Source: Lingula anatina
Lineage: Eukaryota; Animalia; Brachiopoda
Length of the DNA: 64,000 nt
Assembly: GCA_051362555.1 (NCBI GenBank)
Contig: CM120647.1
Span: 5,084,001 to 5,148,000 of the forward strand
Reading direction: 5' to 3'
The first letter of the stretch is position 1. The number at the start of each line of letters is the position of its first letter. The notes beneath the pieces are model-generated. The model saw only the letters and a program-made list of their open reading frames with translations, did no database searches and was not told where the DNA came from. Positions 34,812-64,000 of this stretch are shown here, piece after piece. Position numbers and translations under genes: made by a program.

Positions 34812-37199
34812 CTTCATTTCTATCTATCATATATAAGCAAAACGTTCAAGGAGAAACAGACTGAGACAGCATGCTTTACCCTGTACATCCCTGCATACTT
34901 CATGCAGTTCAACAGGAACACTATTTCACTATATTATTGAAAAATATAAATAATCACTTTGACTTTAATATGATATCTATATTTTTAAAACTATACAATA
35001 ATCTTCCATAATAAAAAGTCATTAAGACACAATTGATAAATATCACATTATTAATTAATGCTCACCTGCACCCTGCGCATACCAAGTCTTAACTGAAAGG
35101 AAATTCAATACTGTATGTAAGAATCATCTTAGTCCAGTATTCTGGGCAAACAGAGACCCCCCTCCCAACCTACGCTACAATCTCACATGGGGAATTTCGG
35201 CACTTTTGCAGTTTACCCCACCACTCTATAACTCTGTGATATTAATTAAATTGTTTACATTAACTTGTGTGGTGACTTTGAGCTATGTGTCCGCTGCTCA
35301 AATAAATTAGTTTGACAATTCATTAAATAATTTTAAGATGATTTTGCGTGAAACTATTAATTCTTCCACATAAAATGAGGACCGGCATTATCACTGGGCT
35401 GAAAATTTGCCGCGATCTCATTGGTCAATTAATTTTCAGGGTTAGTAAAAAAAGTATAAAAATAAGTTAGCAAATTTACAAACTAATTTTTTTTTTGGAA
35501 TAGCTGAGACATTGATAAAAGTCACCACATAACTTAGTTTTGATAATATCGGAAATTAGAGAGTTGCGGGTGGAGGTGGATAAGTACCGAAATTTCTGAG
35601 TCAGTTGAAACAGGTTATATAGAAGATAATTTATCATTATGCATAGGCTATTGGCTTAAAAGAGAAATATTAAAGAAGGAATAAATTAAAGTTATAACTA
35701 TTATCCTGAAACAAACTGTGTTAGAGACTAGATCAGTGCTGGATGAAGATCAGAAATCTAATACACATGATAAATTAGCAGGTGGGAGTATACTAGTATT
35801 TTGAGAACCTAATACAGAGGATGCTGAAGTAGAAGTTCCAATGGACAGTATATATGCTTATTGGCTTTAAATACATCATATTTTGCTTCATTCTGTACAC
35901 TGTATCCAGTAGGTCTTTTTACCGAATTAAAATTGGTTGAAACAATTAGTGGCAATTCTGAAGTGTTGGAAATTCTGGGCACTCTCAAAACAAAGTATCA
36001 AAATTTGTTTAAGGATAATAAATAAATAATAAAAATGTATATAAAGCTGACAAACCCCACAATATTCTGTTTAACTGAGCCACAAAATAAGCTGAAGATC
36101 TGTAAATTTGCATAAATTGCATGACCAAATTAAAAAAAAAAGAAAAAAAAAAGTGACCTATATCATAAAGGTCAAGGTCATTGCTGGCTTTCTCTCTCAG
36201 AAGGAGAAAAAGGTGGCATGTCAAATATCGATCCTGTAAAAAATCCGCATTGTAAGAAACTGATTGTGCGAATGGATAGCTATGTGGCTAAATAACACAG
36301 ATGCCAAGAGATAATTTCGATATATAGCGTATCTTGAAAATTATCGTCGATTTTCCAACGGTCTGCCGTAGCGTGTCTCATAAGTTTTTGGTATACATCG
36401 TAAATATACACGGTTGTAAAAACGCATTTGATTTATTTTTAAATGGCCTTCGCAAACAATATATAATCGATGTAAACGATAAAATCGGTGTACCCTTAAG
36501 TGACTGACAGCAGATTACTTTTTCAATCTGCTTTTATCTACATTTTTGTAGAGGGGGGAATGTTAGGCAGACCGGCTGCGGTCTGCCTAAAATTCTGGTC
36601 TGCGTAATGCTGGCGTTTAAGTGCGAATGGTCTACCTATTGCTGGAAGCAGGACTATATGTATTCAACAAGCCAAAAGAATCATGCTTCGAGACTGCCGA
36701 TTCTCTGATGTTAGAGAAACTACATATTGGGCTCTCTGGTGACAGATATCCACATTTGTACATTAAATTTGATTTTATAACATGCTGTCAATCAGTTTTA
36801 CGGTCTGTGTGCATTGTTTAATTTAAAAAAATCAGAGCGTCATCCATGATTTTCCATCTCCATTACAAAATCAGCAACCGAAAAGTGAAAAGCTTGCCAA
36901 TAGATTATACAAATCTGTAATAAAGGGGTTGATAATTATCGCCTGGAAAATATTAACAGTCCCTGTATACAGTATGACCCATCTCAACGTGAAGATTAGT
37001 TTGATATAACAACTTGCCAGTATGAAACAAGAAACCGCAAAAATGAAAATACATGGTTGTGCACTATGTGTTTGGAATTCTTTTTTTATAGTTATGCTGT
37101 AAAACTACGTGATTTTAATTTACTCAACATTATCTAAAGATACGTAACACTTTTAAATAATTCTTCTACCAGAGGGGTTTTTCAATAAAAGAGAGCTTT

Positions 37200-62847
<25,648 letters not shown>

Positions 62848-64000
62848 GTAAGTCGAGACTGTTTTTTCCTATATAATGGATTTCCTATTATGGTTTAAAA
62901 ATGTAAAGACTTGAAGCAAGATAAAAATAAAATATTAGGGTTGGTTTAGTTCCTTACTTCCTAGCACTCAGAGGACATACCTCCGCCAAGGTACGCCCAT
63001 TGCACGAGCTAAGAAACCTTTCCTTTTTTTTTTTTTTTTTTTTTTTGCTCGGTGACGAACAAAAATAAAAAAATCGGTCTCCATTGGCGTCGGAAATAAA
63101 GTGACCATAATGTACAGCAGTACACATTTAAAACTGACACCACGTGAAATGGGATCAACAATATATAGAGGAATCAATTGCAAACTGCATCTGCTATCAT
63201 AATTAATAATAATTCTCACATTAAAAACAAAATAAATAAACTAATAAAACGATAAAAACCACTATTTTGATGTGCATGTACTGCTTGGATTACGGCGTAA
63301 ATATCAGAAAGCTGCCCAATCCAAAATACATAAAAACTAAAAATAGGGTGCCACAAGGAGCATTCTTGGTATCCCTATTAAAAGAAGATACGAATATCAA
63401 TGAAAACAATAAAAAGACTGAACTAACAATTTTTAAAGGAATAAGAAGCGAGTTTATAGAATATGGGCACAAAAATTTTATCATAACAGTAAAATCAAAG
63501 TATGAAGTTGAAAATTTTTATTTGCTGTTTGGTAATTATAAAGACACTAATAAAGTGCCCAATATGGACTTCGATTGAAACATCAATTTGTCATAACTAT
63601 GGAAATCCAAATGCATGGTTTTTTTTATTAATTTGCTTTTAAAAAGTTTTTGAATAACGTATATTTTTGACATGTTATTAAATTGTATTTCATCATTATT
63701 ATTTTTGCATTTTTAAGATACATATCCACTATGCATTCCTTACCCTCAAAAAGGCCCATGCGGAATATATCGTTTTATTTATGTTTTTCTAATTGAAATA
63801 TTCCAGATGAGACCTACATTGCCAACGTGCAGGCTGCCGTGACCGACGTATGTACCGACCAATCACGTCCGGTTTGTCATGTGACAATCCCTGCCCCTTC
63901 CGGCTGCCCCTGCCAAGTGATGATAAACTACATGTGTTGCGATGAATTATATTAAATGGTAAGTGTTTATGGAAATAGAGGTTAACTGTTAGAAACAAAA

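Larger units (their letters stand above)
4934..36654 (-). mobile_element. Large tyrosine-recombinase (Crypton-like) DNA element with SET domain, copy A, carrying nested insertions
   Basis: The left end is (TA)n|GTCTAGTTCCAG and the right end is TGCTGGAAGCAGGAC|TATA. The same ends recur on copies B and C. The element contains YR and SET exons on one strand. Segment 34808-36654 continues the element after the nested copy B and the Gypsy element. Confidence 0.75.

Noticed and set aside
63267-63578. 103-aa Lys/Asn-rich ORF
   Set aside because: It has a TTG start, AT-rich composition, no motif, and no convincing splice context.

Overview
AT-rich, intron-containing, microsatellite-rich animal DNA (invertebrate, possibly mollusc-like; the taxon is inference). 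Most of the window is nested, decayed transposable elements. The most unusual structure is a family of (TA)n-inserted DNA elements with GTC...GAC ends. One large copy (about 4934-36654) carries a spliced minus-strand gene joining a PR-Set7/KMT5A-like SET domain to a zinc-finger plus tyrosine-recombinase module. Two non-autonomous deletion derivatives are present (23285-27122 and 57478-61000), and the first sits inside an internal (TA)n tract of the large copy. The large copy also holds a BEL/Pao and a Ty3/Gypsy LTR retrotransposon and several MITEs. The right half holds a plus-strand multi-exon gene for an extracellular Cys-rich protein with two TSP1 repeats and a CRGDDC motif, whose 5' end looks damaged. 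Its introns contain piggyBac-, Tc1- and Harbinger-like elements and a Penelope-like element with a hammerhead ribozyme. Coordinates were read by eye and may be off by a few bases; family assignments come from motif recognition, not database searches.
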